Positions 1 through 14,835 of a stretch of DNA of 64,000 nt are shown here, one piece after another. Both the position numbers and the translations under genes were made by a program. Source of the stretch: the human T2T-CHM13v2.0 reference genome, Homo sapiens. The stretch lies in NCBI RefSeq assembly GCF_009914755.1, contig NC_060947.1; one strand, written 5' to 3'. The notes beneath the pieces are model-generated. The model searched no databases. It had not been told where the DNA came from and saw nothing but the letters and a program-made list of their open reading frames with translations. How positions within the stretch are numbered: position 1 is the first letter of the stretch; each line of letters starts with the position of its first letter.

Positions 1-428
1 ACCTGTAAGAGATTCTAAGAGCCAAGAATGAGCTTCAAAATTATACCAACCCAACCAATTTCAACCATGTGGTTCACCCTGCCTGGAGATGGAATGTATG
101 ATGTCGTGGCTCTCACTCTAAATACTTTGCTTACTTCATTAGAGAAAAAGCCAGGTTCTGCTCCGGTCAATCTGTCCTAGTAGGGTTAGTTCAGAAATAA
201 GGCATACATTTCAAGGCTCTCATCAGATGGATCAGAGGTGGGAGTGAGCATGCCTTTGAGAAGTGTCTGATCTTGACCAGAATTTTGACAAAGTGCCTCA
301 TTCAGATTCTACCACACACTGAACTCTATCGAATGAACGACTTCAACGCCAGCAGCCTGCTGAGTTGCACCTTCCCTCACAAAAGCCAACTCTTACTAGG
401 TTTTGAGAGGTTCTCCTTATGCACCTGA
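1..428 (+). pseudogene. Decayed processed pseudogene of CDC42BPB (MRCK-beta), CRIB domain to C-terminus; runs off the window's left edge
   Basis: Manual translation across frameshifts: NPTNFNHVVH (48-77), PGDGM...KPGSAPVNL...RNKAYISRLSSDGSEVGVSMPLR (from 82), SDLDQNFDKVPHSDSTTH (from 266), PHKSQLLLGFERFSLCT* (375-428). Colinear with the recalled MRCK-beta C-terminus (ISNPTNFNHVAHMGPGDGM...[43 protein letters not shown]...PHRSQLPLEGLEQPACDT*). No introns; stops and frameshifts present. Confidence 0.85.
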
Positions 429-1578
429 AACTTACTCCATGGCCTTTCACAATCACCTCCTATTTCAATGTCAAGGCTAATGCTGAATCTCTAGTGTTGT
501 CCAAGGACATGTAGAATCTATTTACTAATATGAAAATGAAGAAAATATTTATTACACTAATGATTAGTTTTAGGCCATGTTATTCCGTAGAGGTAGGCAA
601 GATCCATCTTCTGCATAGCTCTGAGACAACACTGTTTTTATTTTCCCTTAAAAGGTCACCACACAGTGTCTCTTCTATTCTGAACAAACTGAGATGCTGA
701 GTAGGACTCGTGCTCAACTGTGCCTGTGAATGATTACATGCCTCCTTTGTAGGAAACTCTTTTCTATAGTATGTATGGTGTAGAGGAGTAGAGATCTGAG
801 CATGAGTGTAGGTGAATATCCTTTCATTTTTAACTCAATGTAAATTCAAATGACAAGTATCATCCTTTATTATTTTTATGTCTTCTCAGAAGACAGACTA
901 TAATAAAACTCATTACATTTATAATTAAATTTAAAATATCAGTGACAGTTGTATGTTCCTTGCTTTTCCCAATTTGGGTTTTTTTTTAAGTTTATTTTTT
1001 GATCTTATAAGATTTAAATGTAGTATATGGATTACTGATTTGCTTTCACAATCTAATCACATTCTTTTATAGACTATAATTGGATAAGATGGTTTACAGT
1101 TGTGGCAATCCTATCTGAAAGATGCATATGAATTTTACTTCAAAGTGAGTTACAGAAATTCTATTTCAATTTTTTTTTTTTTTTTACAAATTTGAAGAGC
1201 TTTTGCCAAAAACAAATGTTACAAATATAATAATAACACAAGTTTAACTCTTGGTATTTTTAGAAAAATTAACTGAAGCATGCTTTTAATATTGCGACCC
1301 TCGGCAATGCTGACAATAAAGTGTAGTAGATTTGTTCCAATTAAAATCAGTTTAAATCATTAAAACTAAATGTAAATTGATACTCTGTTAAATAAAATTT
1401 AACTTTTTTCTGTTTGAAGCGTATTTGTGGTTATTCGATATAACACAGAGATGTCGGGTTTATTTTTCAAAGTATATTTCATAAATTTTAAGGAGTAATT
1501 TAGTTTCATTTTTATAACAATTTCTCAATTTTGTTTTCAGGCTGAAAAATAATTTAGCTATTAAAATGAGTAGAACTA

Positions 1579-1991
<413 letters not shown>

Positions 1992-1992
<1 letters not shown>

Positions 1993-2721
1993 AACCACAA
2001 TGAGATATCATCTCACACCAGTCAGAGTGGCTATGATTAAGAAGTCAAAAAAACAGATACTGGTGAGGTTGTGGAGAAAAAGAACGCGTTTACACTATTG
2101 GTGGGAGTGTAAATTAGTTCAACCATTGTGGAAAACAGTGTGGCAATTCCTCAGCAGCCTAGAAGCAGAAATACCATTTCATCCAGCAATTTCATTACTG
2201 GGTATATACCCAAAGGAATATAAATAATTCTGTTGTAAAGATACATGCACGCGTATGTTCATTGCAGCACTATTCACAATAGCAAAGACATGGAATCAAT
2301 CTAACTGCCCATCAATGATAGACTGGATAAAGAAAATGCAGTACGTATACACAATGGAATACTATGCAGCCATAACAAGGAATGATATCATGTCCTTTGC
2401 AGGGACACGGATGGAGCTGGAAGCCATTATTCTCAGAAAATTAACAAAAGAACAGACAACCAAATACCGCATGTTCTCTCTTATAAGTGGGAGCTGAATG
2501 ATGAGAATACATGGACACATTGGAGAGAACAACAGATATTGGGGCCTCTCAGAGGTGAGGAGTGGAAGGAGGGAGAGCATCAGGAAGAATAGCTAATGGG
2601 TGCTGGGCTTAATACCTTAGTGATGGGATCATCTGTGCAGCAAACCATCATGGCACATGATTACCTATGTTACAAACCTGTACATCCTGCACATGTACCC
2701 CTGAACTTAAAAAAAAAAAAA
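1992..2721 (+). mobile_element. 5'-truncated L1PA-type LINE-1, 3' end
   Basis: ORF2 C-terminal peptides ([11 protein letters not shown]..., MFIAALFTIAKTWNQ...MELEAIIL), L1PA 3' UTR, poly-A at ~2709-2721. Confidence 0.93.
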
Positions 2722-2747
2722 GATAAAGCAAATTTTAAAAAAAGAAA

Positions 2748-4090
2748 ATACACAATTATTGTTAACTGGTTAACTGCAGTCACCCTATAGTGATATAGAA
2801 CACTAGATCTTATTCCTCCTAACTGGCTATAATTTTGTATCTGTTAACCAACTTCTCGTACCTGACCCCCAAACAATTTCCCAGCCTCTAGTAACCACTA
2901 TGCTACTCTCTACTTCTGTGACTTTTTTTTAGCTTTCACATATGGGCGAGAACATGTGGCATTTATCTTTCTGTGCCTGGCTTATTTCACTTAACAATGT
3001 CCTCCAGCTAATCCATGTTGCTTTGAATGACAGGATTTTCTTCTTTGTTATGGTTCGCTCAATAGTGTCTTATCATGAACGTATAACTCATTTTCGTTTC
3101 CATTCATGTATTGATTGGCACTTAGGTTAAGTCCCAATCTTGGTTATTATGAATAGTGATACAATAAAGGTGGGAATGCAGATATCTCTTCAACATACTG
3201 CTTTTCTTTTATTTATTTATTCTTTAGATTTATACCAAGTAGTGGAATTGTGGGATCATATGGTAGTTATATTTTTAGTTTTTTGAGGAATCTTTATACT
3301 GTTTTCTATAGTGACTGTACTAATTTACATTCTCATAAACAATGTATAGAAGTTTCATTTTCTCCATGTCCTTGCCAGCATTTTGTTTTGTTTTGTTTTG
3401 GTAATAGACATTCTAACTGGGGTGAGGTGATACATCATTGTGGTTTTGCTTTGCAATTCCCTGATGATTAGTGATGTTGAGCATTTTTTTCTATACTTAT
3501 TGGCTGTTTTTATGCCTCCTTTTGAGAAATGTCTATTCAGATCATTTGCCCATTTTTAAATTGGATTATTTATTTTTGGTGTTTTTTTGCTGTTGTTTTA
3601 ATTCCTTTTATATTCTAGATATTAGCCCTTTGTTAAATGAATAGTTCACAAATATTTTATCCTATTTTGCAAGTTTTCTCTTCACTTTCTTGATTGTTTA
3701 CATTGCTGTGCAGAGGTTTTTTAGCTAGATATAATCCCATTTGCCAATTTTTGCTTTGCTTGCCTTTGCTTTTGTGTTCTCCATAAACTTTTTGCTCACA
3801 CCTATGTCCTGAAGCATTTCCACAATATTTTCTTCTAGTAGTTTCACAGTTTTAGGTCTTACTTTTAAGTATTTAACCCATTTTGTGTTTATTTTTTTAT
3901 ACAGTGAGATATTGGGGTCTAATTTATGTCTTCTGCATATAGATATTCAGTTTTTCAGCCCTATGTATTGGAGAAACTATCATTTCTCCAATGTGTGTTT
4001 TGGGCACCTTTGTGGAAAATTAGTTGGCTCTAAATAAATGAATTTAAGGGTTCTCTATTTTATTCCATTGGTATATGTGTCTGTTTTTAG
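2748..4090 (-). mobile_element. Old L1 (L1MA-like) 3' fragment
   Basis: Antisense L1 3' UTR and ORF2 motifs (GTCACCCTATAGTG...TAGAACACTAGATCTTATTCC; TTTGAGAAATGTCTATTCAGATCATTTGCCC). Confidence 0.88.
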
Positions 4091-5124
4091 ATACCTTATT
4101 GGTTTTAAAAAAGGTAGGAACCTGCATCATGTAGAAGAGACCAGCAAAGAATGAGTCAGACCCAGATCAAGCCACTTGGAATGCCCTCAGTTTGGCAACA
4201 GTTTAATAATTGTAATGCAGGTAAATTAATATTTGCTCTTTATGTGCATTTTTAAGATGTATTAATTAAATATATATTTTTAAAACTATGGGAAATGAGT
4301 TAAGTACATCTAAGGACTACTAGTACATAGTGAGAAGCAACTTTTTAGGTACTTAAAACACCCTTCAGGATTACATAGAGCAATTCTTTAGGACATTTTC
4401 ATATTTTGGAGACTACAGTTTTAGAGCAAGCTAAGAGTATGATGAATATTTAGATTTGTTTCCAAACATCACCTGGCTTTTACATTTCACCATTCTGCAT
4501 TTCAAACTCCTCCAGACATGTTACCTGGTATTTTTTAACTAATATTATTACAAATAATTTTTTCAGATACTTCATGGTAGGGCATACTGTGTTTTTCTCC
4601 ACTGACCACTGAAAGTAGCACTCTGTTGTCTATTTCTTTAGTGATAATTTTGAGGGAGAGAGTAGAGATTTATTTTTGCTAAAATTTTCAAATTCTGAAA
4701 TCCCAACATTAATTTTGCATTTGTAAAGAAATTTCCAAAAACTTCTAAATTTGTACTCAGTGGAAGCCATACCAATTTTATTTTTCTATTATCAGAAGAA
4801 TATAAGTTGAGGGTATCTTGGTTTATCTTGGTTTATAATTAGTTTACTGAATTTTGGTTTTGCTTGTCTTTAAGGTTTTCCCCTTGAAATGACATGGGAA
4901 AAAAAAGACTTAAAGTTATTTGCATATTTTAACAAATAATTATAAAATAAACACTCTTGTATTCAAAATTCTTGTCAGGAAAGAGAACATTATTAGTACT
5001 CCAGAGGTCTATCGTAGATAATTTTCTAATTAAAATATGGTTTAAAGTCTGTAGGCATTGGTTCTCTATAGCTATTGTTTTCTACAATTTGGGGAATTTG
5101 ACATGAAAAAGGTGAAATGTTAAA

Positions 5125-5365
5125 GTTCACCAGAGAAACAGAACCAATATGATGACTGAGAGGTCCCATAATCTTCAGTAAGCAGACTGAAAACCTAGGA
5201 GAGCCGATGTGTAGTTCCAGCCTGAGTCTGAAGGCCTTAGAATCAGGAGACCTGATCGTATATGTTACAGTTTGAAAGCTGGGAGGCTTGAGACCCAAGA
5301 AGAGCTGATGTTTCAGATTTATTCTGAAGTCTGGAAAAGACCAGTGTCACAGCTCTGACATGCAA
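5125..5365 (-). mobile_element. MLT2-type ERVL LTR fragment
   Basis: CAGAGAAACAGAACCAATA...CTGAGTCTGAAGGCC...GAGACCCAAGAAGAGCTGATGTTTCAG motifs typical of MLT2; abuts ERVL internal sequence. Confidence 0.7.
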
Positions 5366-7145
5366 ATGTCTTACCAGTAAGTCTAAAATAGTTCCTACTT
5401 TTTGTTCACTAGGTCTAATCAGCATAATGTAACCAATGTGATGGATCAGTGTGATAGATATCGTGTGGAAAAGAAAGAGAATCGATATCCCTATGAACTA
5501 AATTTTAACATGGGGCTGAACAGTGGAGGTGATTTGATGGCCTTAGCTGAAAGCAAATTGCTTCTGGTGGTCCTTATTGACAAATATGGAGAAAAAGGAA
5601 TTTGACAGATCAATAGCTATATACCATATACCACCAGATGTGTTAATTCGCTAAAACAACAAAACCATATCTGGTACATGAGCTGCAATTGGAGTCATCA
5701 CCTGATTAAGCTAATGATTATCTGCTGTCACTCTTCAAGATTGTTCTGTTTCTTGCACAGGCCAAAAAGGAAGTTAAATGGGGATGTGGTGGGAATCACC
5801 ACCCTAGCCTCTTTCAGGTTTTTTTATGAAGGCACTAATCTCTGCAATCCCTCTAAGAAAGTAGTATTCCTTTTACTTGACTATTTTCCAAGGTTTAGGG
5901 AGTTCTAGTGGCTTCCACTTGGCTTTTCTCATCATAATGAACCTTATTCCACATGTCAGGGAACCAACGTAGGCATTTTGCCAGCTACTGAGTATATCTA
6001 TTTCAATTATGCTTTTCCAAATTGGGGAAATAACTACAGAATTGGTTTAGGGACCCACTGCACCCACTGCGAGATTAATGTGAGCTAAAACTTTATTGAT
6101 TACATGACTTCCATAAGTTCTTACTTTGACTGGTGGACCACAGTGAAATTTTGAGCTTCCTGGAATTAGTGTCAGCTCGGAGCCAGTGTCCAGTAAACCC
6201 TGAGAGGTCTATTTATTTTATTTTCCCCAATGCACAGTTACCCTGATAAAAGGGCTTAGGTCCTTTTGGGGAAGGCTATGAAATAGATTAACATCATAAA
6301 TTTTTAGCAATGTATTGAGGTCCTTGCATAAGGATACCTGGCCTCCCCTTCATCTAGGTGGTTCTTGGTCTGTAAGCCGGCTCACGTCTGGGAATTGATT
6401 GAAGGGCCATGACTCTGTTTTTATTACTCATGTTAGACTTTTATTCACTTAAGCTAGACATTTTCTTCTTATAAGATCAAGTTAGGATTTAGTAGGCTTT
6501 ATACCCATTTTACTTCTAGGAACACAATAATTATCTAGCCAATGCCATAGTCCATGTGAATGAGACTATTCTGATTGCTGTTTTGAATGCCACCACTTGA
6601 TCTCTGCCACTCTGGGATCCAATTATTCCTATTGCATGAGGGTTTCCCAGTTTGGTGACTGCAGTTCTCACTGTAATGTCTGGCCTACAGAGAAAAATGA
6701 TCACACAACTCTTCAGTAATGCCAGGACTCCTCTCAAGAATTTATTTCTCACAGTGTTAATGAAAGCTGTGTCTTCTGTATCCTCTCATTGTGAGTGAGT
6801 AGAACATTTCATGCTCCCTAAACCTTTGAATCCCTTCCTCTACATAAAACGAAAGCAGGTTTGGCATTTCCAACTTGCTCACTGTGGGCTATTTCTTGGT
6901 CCATGTTTCAGCCAAACAACCAAACTCTAACTCCCTGAGCTTCAACATTAAATGTAGAATATCTGATTAGTAAGTTCATATCAATAAATTAGGCCCGATT
7001 CAACTTTATGTTTCTTCCACTATTATTTTGTACTTTCAATATCCATTGCCATATATGTTCTTCAGATTTATCTGAATATTAGAATATTCAAGTAGTTATT
7101 TTGGAGTGCACTGTACCTTTTCATGAGTCATCCTTTGTACCTTAC
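5366..7145 (-). mobile_element. ERVL (HERV-L-like) internal fragment: degenerate gag-pro-pol
   Basis: Minus-strand peptides: gag PTVSKLEMPNL..VEEGIQRFRE and RNKFLRGVLALLKSCVIIFLCRPDITVRTAVTKL...IIGSQSGR; protease GLLDTGSELTLIPG (~6159-6200); RT FSIFVNKDHQKQFAFS (~5545-5595). Confidence 0.9.
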
Positions 7146-7179
7146 CTTTGTAAGTGTATGTTTTTGGAAATCAAAATTG

Positions 7180-7219
7180 TATTACTTCTCCCAAGCCAAT
7201 ATTACTTCTCCCAAGCCAA
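7180..7219. repeat. Perfect 20-bp tandem duplication
   Basis: TATTACTTCTCCCAAGCCAA twice. Confidence 0.95.
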
Positions 7220-8726
7220 AAATAAGGTAGAATATGATACAACATAGGAATATTTTATTCTGTTTATAAATTCCTATTCGATATAAAATTAAATGTATTT
7301 TCCATTGTTCATTTAATTACTTTTATGAAATATATTAAGTTATATTAATTCTTTTAATTTTATATTATTTCACTCTTTTGTTTTATTTGACCTTTATAAC
7401 CTTCATTATAGCCTGAAAATTTTTAGCATTCAAACTGAACAGAAATGAATATTAAAAATGATTTAATAAAATGTTTCAGAATTTCAGCAGAGCACTTAAA
7501 ATTCATCATTTCAGTGCTTCGGTTTTACTTAAAGATGAATGTCATTTTAATGAACCTAGGAGGACATGTCCATGCCCTGACTTTCAAAATAAAAGTTATC
7601 TTCCACTTGCATTAATTTCGTTCCCACTTGATAAAACTATAACTTTAAATGCCATGTGGATCACCTTGGTTATTATGTATTCAAAAAATACATATTGGGA
7701 AACATGAGTGACATGTGACATATACCATAGGTATTGACCAACAGAATTAGAGTTCGGCATGAGGAAAATGTACTAAGAAAGGTATTTTACATTTATAGTC
7801 GATAGAATTCAAACTAATGCTTCAAAAGGCTGTGCTTTCAAAGAGTTTCACAAATTTAGCGGGGGATATGAAGACCTTGAATAGCCACTTAAGCTCTCCT
7901 CACTTAAGCTGGAATGTCTAAATGGTGCACTGACCAACATGTAAGTGCTTTGTTATAACACACACCGATTTTGGGTTAGCAGATTGTATACCTCGCTTTA
8001 GTAGATGATCATTTCACCTGTTAAGTTTCTCTGATTTGGAAATAAAGATAAAAGTGGATTAATTAGGGGAGTGACATCAGCAATACACTAGAATAGGAAG
8101 TCCCGGACTTCATTCTTCCACAGAAACACTGACTTTACAACAACATAAGAATCAAAATGCTTTCCTGATAACTCCAGAAGCCAGTTAAGAGGTTTTAGTA
8201 ACCCAGGTGAGCACACAACTAAAAACAGCTGCATTTAAACAGGTAAGAAGAGCTGGTTCACTTTACCAATATCCACCCCACCCCCAAGCCAACACAATTT
8301 GACATGATTGAGAGGATATATAAATACAGCTCGTGGCTTCTTTCTTGGGGAGAAGGGGTGAGAAGACTGGAATGTGCACCAGCATTCAGGTTTTTCAGAG
8401 GGCTGTTCTAGGAACTATTTTATGTCACCTAAGGGTGCTCACAGAACCAATGTAGTTCAAATGCATGGGAGTCGCTGAAAGCAAAGGAGAGTGAAGATGG
8501 CTTGCTGTGGTACCAGAGGCTGTGCAGTGCTACAGACAGAGGCGAGAAAAGCTCAGAACAATGGGGAGAGAGCATCCAGTTTACAGCTTCTCCCACAGGA
8601 AGAAGGGAGAAGAGCAGAGCATGCGTCTGGTGTTCCAGCTCTTTGGAGGATTCCTGAGGTACTGATTTCTGCTTTGCTTTACCTACGGTGCTGACAGAGA
8701 GGCAGCCTAGTTTGGATGCCTGATTA

Positions 8727-8937
8727 TTACTCAAATCAGTCTCCCGGAGTATTCGGGGATTGGAGTTTTTAAAGATAATTTGGCGGGTAGGGGCTCAGTA
8801 AAATTCCCTCCCAAGGTTAGTTCAGCCTATGCCCGGGAATGAACAAGGACAGCTTAAAGATTAGAAGCAAGATGGAGTTGGTTAGGTCTGATTGCTTTCA
8901 TAATTTCCTGTGTTATAATTTTGTGAAGGGAGTTTCA
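8727..8937 (-). mobile_element. LTR8-like ERV1 LTR, internally deleted
   Basis: TACTCAAATCAGTCTCCC...GGAATGAACAAGGACAGCTT...TTATAATTTTGTGAAGGGAGTTTCA. Confidence 0.7.
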
Positions 8938-9157
8938 GTTACACTGAGAGAGGAAAAAAAGAAACCCAAAACAATCAACCAAGAATACAATGTCTGACAA
9001 AATTATTCTTTAACAGTTAAAATGATGCTATCCTGATAAAAACTGAAGAGGTCCTTCCTTTCTGGAACTGCCTCATGAAAAATGCTAGAGAGAATCCTAT
9101 AAGAACCCTAGACAGCAACATGAAAGTATCTGAAGACATAAAATTCATTTATAAGCG

Positions 9158-9736
9158 TGTCGACAGAAAGAGTCAAACTCTGTAAAATATTTGAAGATAT
9201 TTATTCTGAGTCAAATATGAGTGACTAATAACCTGTGATACTGCCCTCAGGAGATCCTGAGAACATGTGCCCAAGATGATTGGGCTAGAATTTGGTTTGA
9301 TACATTTTAAGGAGATTTAAGGCATCAATCAATACATGTATTATGTACATTGGTTTGGTCCAGAAAGGCAGGACAACTGGAATTGGGGGCTTCCAAGTCA
9401 TAGGCAGAGTCAAAGATTTTCTGATTGCCAATTGGTTGAAAGAGTTATTATCAATAGAAAGGAATGTCTGGGTTACAATAAGGCATTGTGGAGAATACTA
9501 GGTAGCAGGCTTCAAAGAGAATAGACAGTAAATTAGTAAATACTTCTTATCAGACATAAAGAGTCGTTCTATCAGTAACTCCAAAAGGGAAGTGGGTAAA
9601 ATGAGGCATGTCAAGCTCCTCCTTCCTATCATGGCCTGAACTAGTTCTTTTCAGTTTTACTTTGGAATGCCCTTGGCCAAGAGGAGGTATCCATTCAGAT
9701 GGTTTGGGGACCTTAGAATTTTATTTTTGGTTTACA
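9158..9736 (-). mobile_element. MER4-family solo LTR
   Basis: TGTCGACAGAAAGAGTCAAACTCTG...AGAATTTTATTTTTGGTTTACA; similar to the LTRs at 27374 and 35830. Confidence 0.85.
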
Positions 9737-12700
9737 ACGGTAAATGTGTAGACAAATAAAGAATACTGTAACGCTGTAATAGAGGTGCTTAAAGCTCTCT
9801 TAATTCTGGTATAGAATTAAAAGCATAAAAATTGTTATAATTATCAAACTACATTAACTGATACACAACATGTAAAGATATAATTTGTAAAATCAATAAC
9901 ATAAAGTGGGGCTGGGGAGACATAAAATAATAAAATTTTTGCATGCAGTTGATGTTAGGTTTTTATCAGCTTAAAATATATTGTTATAACAGTAAGATAG
10001 TTTAGGTAAGCACAATGGTCACCACAAAAACTATACCTGTAGAAGATACACAAAAGAAATGAGAAAAGAATCCAGGCATGTCAATACAGAAAAACAAACA
10101 AACAAACACACACACACACAAAGAAAGGCAGCAACAGAACAAGAAGGACATGTTAGCTACAAGACAAATAGTCAACAATTACAAAAATATTAATAGTAAG
10201 ACTTCCCTATCAGTACTTTTTAAATATAAATCAATTAAACCCTGTAATCAAAAGACATAGAAAGGTTGAATGTATCTTTTAAAAGATGCAACTATATCCT
10301 TACAAAGACTTACCTTAGATGTAAAGACACAAATAGGCTGAAAGCGAGATTATGGAAAAAGATTATCCATGCAAATTGTAACTAAATGAGAACTGGAGTG
10401 GCCTTACTTACATCAGATAAAACAGACTTTAAATCAAAAGTGACGAAGAAGGGCATTATATAATGGTTAATGGTCAATTCACCAGGAAGACATAACATTT
10501 GTAAAATATATTCACTTTACATCAAAGCTCCCAGATATATGAAGCAAAAATTGACAGAATTGAAGGCAGAAATTGGCAGTAACACAATAATATTAGGAGA
10601 TTTCAAAAACCTCATTTTCAACAATGAATAGAACAACCAGACAGAAGATAAATAAGGAAAGAGAGGACTTGAACAACAGTATAGAACACAATTGAAGCTA
10701 GGAGACATATACAGAACAATCCATCCATTTCGTTCCAGGCACACATGGAAGATTGTCTAGAATAAATCACACTTTAGGCCAAAGAAGAAATCTTAATACA
10801 TTTAAGAAGTTTAAAATTATACTGAATATCTTTTCTGACCACAATTGAATATAACTAGAACTCAATACATGTAGAAAAACTGAAAAATTCACAAGTATGT
10901 GGAAATTAAACAACATACACTTGAAAAACCAGTGGGTCAAGGAAGAAATCACAAAGAGAATTAGAAATATCTCGACCCAAATGAAAAAAAAACACAACAT
11001 ACCAAAACTTATGGGATACAGCAAAAGAAGTACTCAGAGGAAGGTTTATAGTGATAAATGCCTACATTATAAAAAAAAGAAAGGTCTCAAATCAACAATA
11101 TACCTTTACAAATCGAAGAACTAGAAAAAGAAAAATGACATAAACTCAAAGATAGCAGAAGGAAGAAAGTAATAAGTATTAGAACAAAAATAAATAAAAT
11201 ACAAGAATAGAAAATTAATAGGAAAAAAACAATAAAACCAAGAGTTGCTTTTTTGTAAAGATAAAGAAGTGGACAAAACTTTAGCTAGAGTAACTAAGAA
11301 AAAAGAGAGAAAACTCAAATAATTAAAATCAGAAATGAAAGAAGAGACAACAGAACTAATGCAACAGAAATAAAAACAATTATAAAATACTATTAACAAT
11401 TATGCAAATAAATTGGATGATTATAAGAAATGAACAAATGTCTGGGAACATACAAATTACCATGAATGAACTATAAAGCATAGAAAATATGAATAGATCT
11501 GTAACTATTAAGGAGGTTGAATCAGGAATCAAAAATCTCCCAACTAGGAAAAGCCCAGGGATAGTTGGCCATAGTGGAGAATTCCACCAAATAGTTAAAA
11601 AATATTTAATGACAATTCTTCTAAAACTCTTCAAAAAATTGAAAAGGAAACACTTCTTAACACATTTTATGAGGCCAGAGTTACCCTAGTACCAAAGCCA
11701 GATATACAGGAAAAATAAACTACAGGACAACATTTCTGATTAACACAAAAGCAAAAATCCTCAATGAAATACTAGCAAACTAACCTCCACAACATACTTA
11801 AAAGATTGTACATGATGACCAAGTGGGATTTATCCCTGGAATGCAAGAATGTTTTAACATATGAAAATCAACAATTATAATACTTCATGTTAATAGAATG
11901 AAGGACAAGAATTAGATGTTCATCTCAATTAGTGCAGAAAAAGAATTTGACAACATTCACCACCCTTTCTTAAAAAAGTACTCAACAAATTGAGAATAGA
12001 AGGAAACTACCTCAACATAATAATGATCATATATAAAAAGCCCACAACTAGCATCACACTCAACAATGAAAAAAGCAAAAGTTTTACTGCAAGATTAGGC
12101 AATGATTATCACTCTCATCATTTCTACTCAACATAGTACTGGAAGTCCTAACAGGAGAAATTAGGCTAGAAAACAAACAAAAGTCAACCAAATTTGAAAG
12201 AAGGAAGTACAGTTATTTTTGTTTGAAAATGACATGACCTTATATGTACAAAACCGTAAAGATTTCACACACGAATATATAAGGAAACTTGTTAGAACTA
12301 ATAAACAAATTCAGTAAAGTTTCAGGATAAAACCTCAACACTCAAATTTATTAGTTGGGAACTTTTTGGAGGAAAAATGTGAGAACTTAATGTATTCATG
12401 TAATTTGGAAGATTAAATCAGTGTGATTGGAATATTCGTCACCATAAATACTTGTCTTTTATTTATGCTAGAAACGTTTGAATTATTATATTCAAGCTAC
12501 TTTGAAATAAACAATGGATTATTGGAAACTATAGTCACCCTACTGATCTATAAAACACTAGGTTTATTTCTTCCATCAAATTCTCTATCTGTATCCATAT
12601 ATAAACCTCTCTTTGTCTCCCCCCTCCTCAGCACCCTTCTTGGCCTTTGGCAACCACTAACCTATTTTCCATCTTCATGAGACCCACTTCTTTAGCTCCC

Positions 12701-14255
12701 ACGTATGAGTGAGAACATGTGATATTTGTCTTTCTGTGTTTGGCTTATTACACTTAACATAATTGTCTCCAATTCCATCCAGGTTGTTGCAAATGACATG
12801 ATTTCATTATTTTTTATGGAGGAATAGTATTTCATTGTGTACGTATACCACATTTTCTTTTTTATTCAACTATTGATGGACACTTAGGTTGATTCTATGT
12901 TTTGGCTATTGTGAATGCTGCTGCAATAAACATGAGAGTACAGGTATATCTTCAATATGTTGATTTTCTTTCTTTTGGATATATACTCAGTAGTAGAATT
13001 TCTGGAACATATTGTAATTCTAATTTTAGTTTTATGAGGAACCTCTATACAGTTTTCCATAATGACTGTACTAATCTACATTCCCACCAACAGTCTATGA
13101 GTGTTCCCCTTCCTCCACATCCTTGCTAGCATCTTTTATTCCCCGTATTTTGGATAAAAGCCATTTTAACTGGAGTGGGATGATATCTCATTGTGGTTTC
13201 GATTTGCATTTCTCTGATGATTAGTGATGTTAAGCATTTTTTTATATAACTGTTGACCATTTGTATTTCTTCTTTTGAGAATTGCTTATATTTTTTGTCA
13301 ATTTTTTAATTGGTTTATTAAGGTTTCTTTTTGCTATTGAGTTGTTTGAGCTCCTTATATATTCTGATTAATAATCCCTTGTCAGATGGATAGTTTGCAA
13401 ATGTTGTCTCCCATTCTGTGGGTTGTATCTTCACTTTTTTCATTATTTCCTTTGCTTCACAGAAGCTTTATAGCTTGATACAGTCTCATTTGTGTATTTT
13501 TGCTTTGGTTGCACGTGCTTTTGAGGTCTTATATTAAAAAGTCTTTGCCCAGACCAATATCCTGGAGCATCTGCAATGTTCTCTTTTAATAGTTTCATAA
13601 TTTCAGATCTTAGATTTAAGCCTTTAATCAATTTTGGTTTGCTTTTTGTACATGTGAAGAAATGGGGACCTATTTTTTTTCTTTTGCATATGGATATCCC
13701 ATTTTCTCAGCACCATTTATTGAAGAGATTGTCCTTTCCCCGTTATATGTTCTTGGTGCCTTTGTTGAGAAAGAGTTGGTTGTAAATATATGATTTTATA
13801 TGTGGGTTCCTCATTCTGTTCTATTGGTCTATGTGTCTATTTTTATGCCAGTACCATACTTACATCATTGCTATAGCTTTGAATTATATTTGAAGTCAGG
13901 TAGTGTGATGCCTCCAGCTTTGCTCTTTTTGCTCATAATTGCTTTGGCTATTCAGGGTCTTTTGTGGTTCCAATATGAGTTATAGGATTGTTTTTCTCTA
14001 TTTGTGTCAAGAATGTCGTTGGTATTTTGATAGGGTTTGCATTGAATTTCTAAATGTCTTTGGGTTGTATTGTTATTTTAATAATATTATTTCTTCCAAT
14101 CCATTGGCATGGAATACTCTTTTTGATGTTTCTTTTCTGTGTATTTATAAATAACCTTTGAGCTAATTTTTTCCTCTGCTTGATTTATGCTGCTGTTGAG
14201 AGCGTGTAATAAATTTTTTAGTTCAGCAAATATATTTCTCTGTTCCAAGATTTCT

Positions 14256-14315
14256 TTTTTAAACATTTTTTATTTTAAATTTTTGTAAGTACCTAGTAGG
14301 TGTACATATCTGTGG
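14256..14315 (-). mobile_element. ~60-bp L1 3'-tip insertion with perfect 15-bp TSD
   Basis: T-rich tail plus GTACCTAGTAGGTGTACATATCTGTGG, flanked by TGTTCCAAGATTTCT at 14241-14255 and 14316-14330. Confidence 0.85.
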
Positions 14316-14835
14316 TGTTCCAAGATTTCTGTTGAATTTTATTATTGCTATTTCTACCTCTTTGTTAAATTTCTCTGATAAATTTCTGGATTGCTCTTTT
14401 GTGTTATCTTGGAGATCACTGAGTTTTCTTAAAACTGCTATTTTGAATTCTTGGTCAGAGAGTTCACATATCACAGTCTTGTTAGGGTCAGTCAGTGGTT
14501 TCTTGCTTTTTTCAGTTGGGGAGACCATGGTTCCTTGATGTCATTGTTTCCTGTGGATGTACAACTATGTCTTTGCATTGAAGGATTAGTTATTTATTCC
14601 AGTCTTCCCTGTCTGGTTTGTTTCGTTTTTAACTGCATATGTTTGCTTAGAGATTCTTCACCATTTTCCTGTTGATTTTCTTTCTCTTTTTTACCACCAG
14701 GTTTCTGGCTCCTTTTTGCCACTAGATAGTGCTTTAAGCCCAGTTTTGCCTCAGTTGTAGCACATAAGCACAGTGTTTCCTATTCTGAACAGGAGAGGTT
14801 CCAAAGGGGTTAACCCAGTAGTATGAGAAGTCTGT

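Noticed and set aside
10190-12350. L1 ORF2 endonuclease/RT as an active CDS
   Set aside because: Many stops and frameshifts; a fossil element.
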